NCBI GenBank assembly: GCA_963804955.1 | Contig: CAWDSQ010000020.1 | Location: 64,001-128,000 of the forward strand | Source: an uncultured delta proteobacterium | GTDB lineage: Bacteria > Desulfobacterota > WTBG01 > CAIYCZ01 > CAIRTM01 | Direction: 5' to 3' | DNA length: 64,000 nt | Part shown: positions 11,214 through 21,114 of the stretch, one piece after another | Position numbering within the stretch: position 1 is the stretch's first letter | Layout: the number at the start of each line of letters is the position of its first letter | Translations under genes and position numbers: made by a program | Notes under the pieces: model-generated | What the model was told of the DNA's origin: nothing | Database searches by the model: none | The model's input: the letters and a program-made list of their open reading frames with translations, nothing else

Positions 11214-12019
11214 ATGGAACAAAGCGCAAAAAGATTTATAAATAAGCATATTATTATTACAGGTGCGGCAGCCGGCATCGGCAAAGGTGTTGCTCACCGA
11301 TTTGCTGACGAAGGGGGCAGGGTGGTTATTGCCGACAGGAACCGGGAATGCGGTGAGGCAGTTGCGAAACAAATTACTGAATCCGGTGGAACCGCTGTCT
11401 ATATTCCTGTTGATGTGGCTGATCCGGATTCAATAAATGAACTCATAAAAAAAGCAGCTGACGTTTTTGGGCCGATAGATGTCGCTGTGTCAAACGCGGG
11501 TATCAGCGAAACGCAGTCTTCAGCCCTTGATATTACCGTTGAGGAGTGGGACCGCGTGTATGACATAAATACCAGGGGGTCATTTTTTTTCTGCAAAGCA
11601 TGCGCTCAGAATATGATGGATAATGATATCAAGGGATCAATCGTGACCCTGGGATCAATTGTAGCGCGCAGCGCGAAAGGCATGTCGGGGGCGTACGCTT
11701 CTTCAAAAGCTGCAATCATCATGTTTACTAAAACACTTGCAAAATGCCTTGCGCCCATGGGCATACGGGTAAATTGTGTTGCGCCGGGGATTGTTGCAAC
11801 CGAAATATATAACGGTGTCGAAAAAGAGATGATGATGGAAAAAGATTCTTTTGCCGACTGGCTGGTAGAGCAGTCGATTGCAAGCGGCCAGCTGCTTATA
11901 CCCCGTTGCGGTACGGCAGGTGATATCGCCTGGCCATTGCCTTTCTGGCATCCGATGATGCAGCCTATATTACCGCTCAAAACTTAAGCGTTGATGGCGG
12001 CATAGACTGGTGTTGGTAA
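11214..12019 (+). CDS. SDR family oxidoreductase, paralog of 4533-5339 (frameshift near 11930)
   Basis: TGAAAGIG, YASSK; the shifted tail reads AYITAQNLSVDGGIDWCW, like the paralog. Confidence 0.9.
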
Positions 12020-12050
12020 TACTGTCACGTAATTTATTACGGAGAGTATC

Positions 12051-12530
12051 ATGACGAAAGCTTTTGGAAAAGAGATCCCCTGGGAAAAACAGCGGGATAT
12101 GCTGATTGAAATGACCGCGCTGAAATTACCGATGCTTTTTCAATCTCTTGTTTCCGCGTACGGAGCAGATGAAGGAAAAAGGATATATGAAAAAATCTAT
12201 GAGGAAGGTTTCAAGCAACGCTCAAGCCGCTTCAAGGATAAAGATATTGGCGATATCCTGATGGCCGAAATAGACATGTTCCCGGCAATGGGCTGGAAGC
12301 TGTGGGTTGAAAAGGTGGAAGAAAAGGGATCTGTTGCCTGGTATGAGCATCTGGAAAAATGCCCGCATCTTGAGGCGACGAGAAAGTATAAATTGCCTGA
12401 CCCCTGTTCTCTTATCTGCGACATGGATTGCACCTTAGGCGAGAAATATAAAGTCGCACACTGGGAAAGGATGAAACACATGCCGGCAGGTGACAGCGAA
12501 TGCTGCTTCAGGATTACCCGGTGCCCATAA
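12051..12530 (+). CDS. ATC-hydrolase/V4R-like small ligand-binding protein
   Basis: Cys pattern KCPHLE, PCSLICDMD, GDSECCFRI. Confidence 0.65.
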   Translation: MTKAFGKEIPWEKQRDMLIEMTALKLPMLFQSLVSAYGADEGKRIYEKIYEEGFKQRSSRFKDKDIGDILMAEIDMFPAMGWKLWVEKVEEKGSVAWYEHLEKCPHLEATRKYKLPDPCSLICDMDCTLGEKYKVAHWERMKHMPAGDSECCFRITRCP

Positions 12531-12597
12531 AATGTGTTTGCAGTTGCTGCTCATTGCTAGAGCAATCTGAATTAATAAATTTATATATCAGGAGGCG

Positions 12598-13587
12598 ATG
12601 TTACACATGACTAATGAAAATGCAGCATCAATTTTTAAGGTGGATGAAGATCTTTGCATTGGCTGCGGGATTTGTATTGATGCCTGTCCCATGAAGATTC
12701 TGGAGATTCAGGACGGGCTGTGCATTATGACGGACCCGGAAAAATGCCTTGAGTGCGGAACCTGCGAGCGTGCATGTCCTGAAAAAGCCATTACCATTAA
12801 AGTTGGCGCCGGCGCCAAAGCGAAAGCAACGTTAAAAACGGGCACAGCGGGAGCCACGGAAAGCGCGCGGGCCAAGTTCTACCCCATCCTTGATAAACTG
12901 ACGGAAATGATACAGGTGGTCAGCCCGAAGCAGATATTCACCTTCGAGGGGCAGGATATCACGAGCCTCAATAATTTCGAAATCGATAACGAGCCCTCCT
13001 ATTACCGGGCCTATACGGCGGACAAAATCGATAAGCTGGGCATATCAAGCTCGCTTTTCTTCGGGATTATGACCGCGGATGTGATGGTCCTGACGCCGTC
13101 CAAAGAATATGATATCCCCTATTTTGTAATGGACTGGGATGAGTCAGAAGAGCATATATTCTTTATCTGCGATCTTATGCCCGGCGATGATCCGGGAAGG
13201 AATAACGACTATCTGAACAAATATCTGTATGAGCCACTCGAAGAACTGTACATGAACTACACCATGTCCATACCCGGTCTGAAAAACAGCGTGTTCCACT
13301 GGGTGCGGTCCATCCATTCCCCCTATATCATCACCGGCTCCATAGAAAAAACCAAAGAGAACATTGAAATGCTTGCCAACTGCGCCTGTGATTACCTGAA
13401 GGCCTGGATCGAAATATGGAAAAAGGCAGAGCCGCAGGACCCCAATTCTCCGTACATGAAACTCGTGCATGAGCGGAGAAAAAACATCCGGGCAATATAC
13501 AAAGAAAACGACCCCGGCGCCGGATCGCTGAACAAATACCTGGGCAAGGAGCTGGGGGCGACGGCCATTTCCATCATCGAGCCCTGA
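12598..13587 (+). CDS. 2x[4Fe-4S] ferredoxin fused to a ferredoxin-dependent bilin reductase/RCCR-like domain
   Basis: CIGCGICIDACP and CLECGTCERACP, then VLTPSKEYDIPYFVMD, ICDLMP, WVRSIHSPY, YLKAW, ENDPG..LNKYLGKE. Confidence 0.78.
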   Translation: MLHMTNENAASIFKVDEDLCIGCGICIDACPMKILEIQDGLCIMTDPEKCLECGTCERACPEKAITIKVGAGAKAKATLKTGTAGATESARAKFYPILDKLTEMIQVVSPKQIFTFEGQDITSLNNFEIDNEPSYYRAYTADKIDKLGISSSLFFGIMTADVMVLTPSKEYDIPYFVMDWDESEEHIFFICDLMPGDDPGRNNDYLNKYLYEPLEELYMNYTMSIPGLKNSVFHWVRSIHSPYIITGSIEKTKENIEMLANCACDYLKAWIEIWKKAEPQDPNSPYMKLVHERRKNIRAIYKENDPGAGSLNKYLGKELGATAISIIEP

Positions 13588-13657
13588 TGTGGGCGCAACC
13601 GGGTTGTGCAGCATCATGATCAATGAAGGTTAAACAATTTAGATAAGGAGAACAGCC

Positions 13658-14370
13658 ATGGCAGAAATACTACAGTTTGCAGCAGAGGCAAAAAAAAGTC
13701 TTGAAGCGCTGCTGCCCCTGCAGCCCGTTGCTCTTGATCCACAGCTGCAGCATATAAAAACCGAGGGTGGCTCTGTCGATATCGAGCTTTTCAAGGCCGA
13801 CAAGTTTGAAAAAATTGTTCTGTGCACGATAAACATCTTCGAAACCGAAGTGGTTGAGGCCACCGTTATGGCATGGCCCGATGAAAAGCACAATTTCCCC
13901 ATTCTCTGGGGCAATCTGACCATAGTCCCCTATGTCATGAACGTTCCTATCTTTGATTTCGTTCCCCTGATGGACCCGGTTCTCTATCAGGACTATGCAG
14001 ATACCTACATTGAAGGAGTCAACGAGCTGAAAGCAGACGCCCTTGAGCGTGCTCGGGGATACGGTCACTCAATAAAGACGTAGTGCTGCCGTCAAAAACC
14101 ATCTATACCCTGTCGCCGTACAGCCTTATTGCAAATATTAAGGAAGAGGGAATTCCTCTCGTCCCGCAGATCACGGATGCCTATATTAAGGCGTATATAA
14201 AGCTCTGGCAAAAGGCCGGGCCCGTGGAAAAGGCCGCTGATCTTGAGCATTACGCAAAAAAGCGGGCTGCAACACGCACTCTTATGAAGGGCAATGACCC
14301 CGGCTACCCATTTATGATCGATGCTTTCGGGGAGGAAAAAACGCATAAGGTTTTTGATATTATTTTTTAG
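13658..14370 (+). CDS. Second FDBR/RCCR-like protein (frameshift near 14050-14080)
   Basis: MAWPDEKHNFPILWGN, IFDFVP, YTLSPY, YIKAYIKLW, NDPGYPFMIDAFGEE..KVFDIIF. Confidence 0.72.
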
Positions 14371-14848
14371 TTTACGGCAGCCGGTGTGCGGCAGAACACT
14401 GAAAAATTTATTGCTGCACATGGACGTTTTGACCCTTTAAAAATGCAATTTAAACAGTTCTGTAAGGTGCAGGTAAAAAGCGATGCTGCTAGTGAGAACA
14501 GCGTGCGTACGATGAACAGGTTTAAGTGTGTTTTAATCGACACAGGGGTACTTACTCTGTATCTGCTTATAAATTTATTGCCGCTCAGAGTCCGTGATTA
14601 TATTCTGGACAGAATGTTTCCACCTATCCGGGATACTCGGCACTCAGCGTATTCAAAAGGTAAGGAGCACCGTGCATAAATCATGAAAAAATTTTACCTG
14701 AAAAAAGTGTGTTGAATGACTAAATAGTTACTGTTTCAAGCGACCTTTTTTAAAAAGGTATGCTTAGAAAAGGAGGGTGTGATTGTCTTTTCAATCGTAA
14801 AAAGTTGTATGGACACAAAATAATTTTTTCTAAAGGAGTACGGGACTT

Positions 14849-16778
14849 ATGAGAAAAACCGAGATTAGAAAAAAACTCAGATTCTTGGCGGTAGCAGCTT
14901 CTTTTTTATGCATAGTGATGGGGTATGGGGTTTCATGGGCCGCAGACAGTGATGGTGACGGCATTGACGATGCGATTGACAACTGCCCCGCCATTGCAAA
15001 TCCCCAGCAGCTTGATGCCGATGATGATGGCATAGGAGATCTATGCGACACCACCCCCGGCTGCGGCGGCTGTGGTGTGGTTGCCTGTGAGGGTCAGGTT
15101 GATGCGGACCTTGACAATTGGGCTGATGAGATTGATAACTGCCCGAGCAGCTGCAATACCCAGCAGCTTGATGCCGATAGCGACGGCATCGGCGATGTGT
15201 GCGATACAGCTCCCGGCTGCGGGGGCTGCGGACCAGCCGGCCTGTGAGGGGGGGTGCGCAAAGGACCCTGAAGTAGTCGTAACAGCAAGCCAGTCTATAG
15301 CCGGCAAGTTCGATCGTTATACGGTGACCGGCATCAGGACGCCCCTGCCGCAGCTGCCCAATGTGCCCGGGTTCATCGGGGCATCCTATCTGACCATTGG
15401 AGATATTGACGGTGACGGCAGGCAGGATATCCTGAGCACATCCGGTGGCGGGCTGGATAACAATTTCACCACATCCGACGGTGCTGTTGCAGTGTACACG
15501 CAGGGCGCAGACCTTGACAGCTGGACACAATCTATTATTTATCCGGTTGGGACGACGGGCCTTCTTGGCTTCCCCAATGAGATGGTGCTGCGGGATATGG
15601 ATGAGGACGGTGATTTTGATATTATGGTTCTGGATAATTTTCTTGCCGGCTGGTTTACCCACTTCCCGGCAGGCATCTATTATCTGGAAAACAAGGGCGG
15701 CGATATTACCAGCAAGCTTAACTGGGAAATAAAGACCATTTTCCGGGGAGACGCAACACAGATCGGCTGGTCATCCTATCACCGGGCGCGCTTTCTTGAT
15801 ATAGACGGCGATGGGCTGGAAGACTTTGTCACCACAAAAGTGTGCATGTACAACTGGCAGAATACGTCTGACCAGTATGTGTGGACGGAATGGTGGAAAA
15901 AAGAGGGCAGCCCGGAAACCAGCCCCACAGCTTATTCAGGCCCTTATACTATAGGTGACGGCGCCGGATTTTTGTTTGAAATGATGGATATAGATGGAGA
16001 CGGAGACCTGGACGTTGCAGGGCCGCAGTTCTACATTCAAAGTCCGGGTACGCTTGTGGTAAAGCAGGGTACTATCCGCGGCGACAGCCTGATCTGGTTT
16101 GAGAATCCGGGAACGGCTGGTGCGGTAACGCAGCCCTGGAACCGCTATACGATTGACAACTGGTACACATCGCAAAACCCCCTGGGCAAAAACATGGAGG
16201 TTATTTCAGGCGATATCGATAATGATGGGAAAATAGAGCTGATAGATACAACTCACAACCATCAGGATTACAAGCCGAACAATGTTCCCGGCGATCCGCT
16301 CAACCACAGGATCTGGCCATCGGGGGTGTACTATCTGGGCATTCCTGATGATCCCAAGATAACGGCCAACTGGAAGCCGATCACGATTGACCGTGGCGAC
16401 CCGAATCTTGACCCGACTGATCCGGTAGCGGTTGCCAATGATGTCTATGCAGTTGATCGTCCGGGCGGACCCTACAGCCAGGGCTCACCGGGCATGGTGA
16501 GAGCTGCGGATATAAGCGGAGATGGCTACCTTGACCTGGTTGTGCCCGGTGACGGCAAGGGAGCAGTGTACTACTATGAATCCCTGGGCAGATCAGCAGG
16601 CAAACTGCAGTTTTTGCGGGCGGCGATCTATAAAGACACAGCCTGCATGCCGGGTGATGCCAAGATTGTGGATATTGACGGCGACGGCACGCTTGAGATC
16701 GTACAAGTAATATACGATACCAGTGTGGAGAAAAACTCGTCATCAGGCTCCATATTTATTTACAAGCTGAAGCCGTAA
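14849..16778 (+). CDS. Secreted protein with thrombospondin type-3 repeats and FG-GAP/VCBS repeats (frameshift near 15240)
   Basis: Signal peptide, [15 protein letters not shown], DADxDGIGDxCD twice, several [15 protein letters not shown] motifs. Confidence 0.8.
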
Positions 16779-16795
16779 AAGCTGCTTGTAAAGTC

Positions 16796-16847
16796 TAAAA
16801 AACCAAGGGCGCCTGGGGCATATACTCCAGGCGTTCTTGGTTTTTAG
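16796..16847. terminator. Intrinsic terminator
   Basis: AAAAACCAAGGGCGCCTGG...CCAGGCGTTCTTGGTTTTT. Confidence 0.7.
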
Positions 16848-17048
16848 TGTAAAACTATATTTTAATCATGCGTCTCATCCAGTTATTGTTTAAGCAAGTA
16901 GAGCTTCACCTGCAACGAAGGGCAGTCGCTTGTATGGTCTTTAACCGACATGACTGTCAATTCAATCGATATGTTATGTTTATAGATTGACTTATCTGTA
17001 CTCTTTGAGCTTACTATGAAATAATGAGAATATATTTCTAAAAGGAGC

Positions 17049-17801
17049 ATGTGTATGAAGAAGGGTAAAATATTTTTCCTTTTTATGGGGTGGTTTATTT
17101 TTTATTCACTGCTGTATTTTTTAAGCCTTGATATTACCGGTGATTCTCCCGGCAAGGAGGGTTCTGCATTCCACAAGTTTTTTAATTACGGCATACTTTT
17201 TATTGTTTCTCTTTTCGGCTGGTGGTTTTCCTGGAAAAAATTTCAAACTGTGTTTTCTCCTTCAGATCCTGCAGGCGGAGGCATTATAGAATGCCGTTTC
17301 GGGCTGAGAAATCCTGAACTCATGTATTATCTGATGTTTTTAAAGCTTTTTTTGCTTGTCATGGGCGCCAACGGCATTATTACCCTTTCGCACCACACCG
17401 GGGCGGCACGGACATTTTTTATATGGAACTTTATCGTACTGTATATTTACGCCATTCCTTTTTTCCTGATAAAATTCGGCAAGCTGAAAAAAGCGCTGAG
17501 TACCTCTCTGATTCTTGATGAAACCAGCATTGCCCTGCGCTGTAAGGATCAGACAATTGCGCAGATGAATTATTCCGCCATCTCGCAGGTACTGATCGAA
17601 GAGGCAACCGGCGCTGCCATTATCCGCAGTGATACTGCATCATTCTGTCTGGGCAGCAAACACTCCAAAATATCACCATTTTATACAGCGGGTATTGAAC
17701 AGGTTGTAGAAAAAATCCGTCAAAAAGCCCCGGATAAAATTAGCCCTGTTGCATCATTGAAGGATGAATTGAAAAGGCTTGCCATAAAGCCATTTTTTTA
17801 A
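17049..17801 (+). CDS. Hypothetical membrane protein (about 4 TM segments plus soluble C-terminus)
   Basis: Hydrophobic segments; AGGAG RBS. Confidence 0.65.
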   Translation: MCMKKGKIFFLFMGWFIFYSLLYFLSLDITGDSPGKEGSAFHKFFNYGILFIVSLFGWWFSWKKFQTVFSPSDPAGGGIIECRFGLRNPELMYYLMFLKLFLLVMGANGIITLSHHTGAARTFFIWNFIVLYIYAIPFFLIKFGKLKKALSTSLILDETSIALRCKDQTIAQMNYSAISQVLIEEATGAAIIRSDTASFCLGSKHSKISPFYTAGIEQVVEKIRQKAPDKISPVASLKDELKRLAIKPFF

Positions 17802-17827
17802 ATCATAAAAATGATGCGTGCAGTAAA

Positions 17828-17864
17828 TAAAAACAGCCCGATTTTTTTCAGCGGGCTGTTTTTA
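17828..17864. terminator. Bidirectional terminator between convergent genes
   Basis: AAAAACAGCCCG...CGGGCTGTTTTT. Confidence 0.75.
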
Positions 17865-17878
17865 TGGTGTAACCCTGG

Positions 17879-19156
17879 TTAATACGTTTTTTGCAAATTC
17901 CCGACTGTGAACATATCCGCAGGAACATCTATGGTAATCGCCGGCTTGTAAAAATATTCCTGATCACTTAAGCCTGAATGGGTCCGTTGAAACTCTTCAA
18001 ATTGTGTGGCCACAATGAACGGTTTTATTTGACCGGTCTTTGTCGGCAGTGGGCAGGTGTTATTCATGAAGCACTTCCAGAATTTGCCGTTGGAATCATA
18101 AATTTCCGTCCAGAGAATTATAGCTGTTTCGGGATCAAGGTACCAGACACGCTTGCTGTAAACATAATTGGGATCCTTGCTGATGACATCAATAACAAGC
18201 GTGTTGCATCGTTCAAGCGTCAAACCGTTTGAGAGGGCCTGTCCGGGGATACGCGTCGTTGCTTTCATGTCAGTGTGCCTGCTGCAGAGGAGGTCTTTTT
18301 TACCTTTTAGTGTGTATTTGTTTCTGGTTAACTGGCCATCCCACAGGTATTCATCATCATAGATTATATCTGAACCGTCAATTGCATCGGTACGTTGGGC
18401 CGTCGACATTCTTCTAATCCGCCTGAACTGGCTGTACCAAAGATATGCATCATCTTCCATTTTCGGATCAATGTATCTGATATTGAACATGCGTGTATTT
18501 AAAAACTCAGCAGGTTTGAACATATGGAGGAAATATGCCCGATGCATTCCTTTCGGATTTTCGGCGACTGCAGGGAGGGGTTCTTTTTCAGTACGGTGAA
18601 TGAAAAAGTATTCAGTGTACTCCTGATCTGCAATGCGATCGTTTTTTGCTGTAGGATTGATCGATGGACTGTAGCGTCGATATTTACAGGTATCTCCATG
18701 ATTGTTGAACTCAAAATTATAGGCTGCTTCCATGCCGTCCGCCGGCTCAGGAAATGGACGCCCGGCTATTTCAGCATAGTTGGTTATCGTACCGTCCTGA
18801 TTTTTTTTGACTGTTGACGCATACTTCCTTGTTGCATCAGAAAACCCTTTGGTTTCAGGTACAGGCTGGTAGGCGACGATAGCAAAGAAAAACCCCTCCG
18901 GAGGGGCGCCCCACTTTTCAGGTTCTTTTATAATTCCCACATAGGAGTCGGGCATATAAGCCGCAACCTGATCGATAGTTGCTTTATCTACTTTTTTCCC
19001 AGCCCAGGTTTTTTCCCATTCCCTGACTTTTGCCAGTTCATCAGGCGTGTATGCAGTGCCGATTACAGTTTGTGCTCCTGCAAGCGCCGGGGCCAGATAC
19101 AGCAGGAGCGCTCCAAGCATCCAAACTCTGAACATGTACTGCCAGCTGTTTTTCAT
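17879..19156 (-). CDS. DUF1329 family periplasmic protein (LolA-like C-terminus)
   Basis: Signal peptide, GRPFPEP, AYLWYSQFRRIRR, YVYSKRVWYLDPE, YDSNGKFWK. Confidence 0.82.
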   Translation of the reverse strand: MKNSWQYMFRVWMLGALLLYLAPALAGAQTVIGTAYTPDELAKVREWEKTWAGKKVDKATIDQVAAYMPDSYVGIIKEPEKWGAPPEGFFFAIVAYQPVPETKGFSDATRKYASTVKKNQDGTITNYAEIAGRPFPEPADGMEAAYNFEFNNHGDTCKYRRYSPSINPTAKNDRIADQEYTEYFFIHRTEKEPLPAVAENPKGMHRAYFLHMFKPAEFLNTRMFNIRYIDPKMEDDAYLWYSQFRRIRRMSTAQRTDAIDGSDIIYDDEYLWDGQLTRNKYTLKGKKDLLCSRHTDMKATTRIPGQALSNGLTLERCNTLVIDVISKDPNYVYSKRVWYLDPETAIILWTEIYDSNGKFWKCFMNNTCPLPTKTGQIKPFIVATQFEEFQRTHSGLSDQEYFYKPAITIDVPADMFTVGNLQKTY

Positions 19157-19386
19157 TTCATTCTCCTTCCTAAAGGTTTATGGTTGGAAAAAAAACATTG
19201 ATTCCATGCAGAGAGTCACAAAATCGACTGCCATCCCCCCCATTTTTTAGTATTAATAAAGAGCCCTGTTGCCATTGTCGAATACCGGTTGACCGCCGAA
19301 CGTTCTGGTTAAGGGCAGGGCATTGTTGTTTATACCATGCTGTGAGGCATAAGGCTGATTTTGCCATTATTATTCACTGTTTTTAC

Positions 19387-19734
19387 TTAGTGGGCATCCC
19401 AACATTCATGGGCGATACCTTTCATATAATGAAAATATACCTTCTGCAGTGGGGTTGTCCTGATAACCCGCACCATGCCCAAAGGGAACACAACCGGCGC
19501 GCCGGTGCGCTGCTCAAAATCGTCAAGCATGGGCTTGAAGAGCTTCAGCGCATAGTTGAGCTCCGCCTGATCCTCGGTGAAAATTTCAGCAATTCCCTGC
19601 ATATTCAGCCCGCGCACCGAGGTAATTGTGCGCGCGGAGGTGCCGATCCCGACCGCAGGGAAAGATCGTATGCTTGAACGATAGTGAAGATGGTAAAATT
19701 TTTGTCGGCCTGCGGTGGATATTAAATGATACAT
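19387..19734 (-). CDS. Split-barrel (PNPOx-like) protein fragment
   Basis: VRGLNMQGIAEIF resembles the C-terminal half of the split barrel; N-terminus appears missing. Confidence 0.4.
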   Translation of the reverse strand: MYHLISTAGRQKFYHLHYRSSIRSFPAVGIGTSARTITSVRGLNMQGIAEIFTEDQAELNYALKLFKPMLDDFEQRTGAPVVFPLGMVRVIRTTPLQKVYFHYMKGIAHECWDAH

Positions 19735-19763
19735 CTGCTACAGCAGTTAGATAAATGCTCTAA

Positions 19764-21084
19764 TCACCCAGGGTGCGCGACTGCTGCTTCTTGAATTTTA
19801 TCCCAGATTTCAGGCCGCTCTCTTTGAATGCGCTCATCGTGTTTGTGGATTGCAGCCCACATCATGCGCGGTGAGTCATACTGGCTCCAGCTGCCGTTCA
19901 GGACCACATCGTCAAGCAGCGAAAACAGGAACACGACCTCCTCGTCCGTATAATACGGGATAAGGGCATAGCCGGTTGTAACCTGCATCATGCCGTCATC
20001 GTTGAACTCAAAAGTTTCAAGCCAGGTTTTGCCGTATTCGGCAAACCCGGGCTTACCCTCAAGCTCTTTTGCAACGGCATCTGCTGCCCAGTAGCCGCAG
20101 TTGAGCGCACCCTGGGCCTGCACCTCGACGAATGCCGCGGCATCGCCAATCATCAGGCAGTTGCCCCGATAGGGTGTCTTCATGGGCGCAAAGGCCTTGG
20201 TGGTGCAGCTGTGCATGCGCTCGACTTTTGCGTTTTCAAACATCCAGGCAACAGGGCTCTCTTTGGTAAAATAATCAAACAGCTCCAGGGGCTTTTTTTC
20301 AAGGGATCCCACAAGAATCAGATCGGCCCAGTCGAAATGACCCGCCGGGCCCGTGCCCAGAAGCGGCGCAAAGGCGGAACCATAACACTGCCCCCAGAAT
20401 CCGACCCATTCATTGGGGCTGTAATTTTTCACCCCTGACATATACAGCGCCACAACCGGAGCTGAGGTAAAATACATGCGACCTTCATTCATCCCGAGGG
20501 ACTGGGCAATCTGCGCGCTGGCGCCGTCGGCCGCGATGAGCTTTTTGGCCTGAAGCCTGAAGCGCTTGCCTTCGCTCACGCATTTCAGCGTTACCTCTGT
20601 CGGGGCCATCCTTTGCCTCATAGCAGATCGTGTTGTTCATATAATCAACACCAAGAGCAAGGACTTCATCAAGCAACTGCTGCTGCAGGCCGCCCTTGTC
20701 GTATTTCCAGGCAATGGGTTTCTTGTCGGGCCAGGCGTAATGGGCATTATGCTTGAGATCAGCAGAATAATAATATTTATCAAGGCAGGGGCACAGCGGC
20801 CCGTTGTAGGTTATTTCCCAGCCGAATTTTTCAGATCTGATCTTATTATCCGGGTTTGACGGCACCATGCGGTTGGGCCCTTCCATGGGCCGGCCCGGCT
20901 CAACAATAATCGTGTCGCCGTTATAGTTTTCATCAAGGATGATATGCTCGCTGCAATAGCGGGTTATCTTGCTGATATCTTTCCGTTTTTCGATCAGCGC
21001 TACTTTCAGACCCTTTTTTGCCGCCCATTTTGCCGCGTGAAGACCACCGGGACCCGCTCCTACGATTGCCACGTCATATGTCAT
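19764..21084 (-). CDS. FAD-dependent oxidoreductase, geranylgeranyl reductase-like, paralog of 8718-9992 (frameshift near 20610)
   Basis: [38 protein letters not shown]; tail conserved with the paralog. Confidence 0.82.
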
Positions 21085-21114
21085 AAAATACCCTTCCTGA
21101 ATTTTTTCGTAATT

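Noticed and set aside
14386..14679. Small ORF after the FDBR pair
   Set aside because: No clear RBS or motif; the coding status cannot be supported
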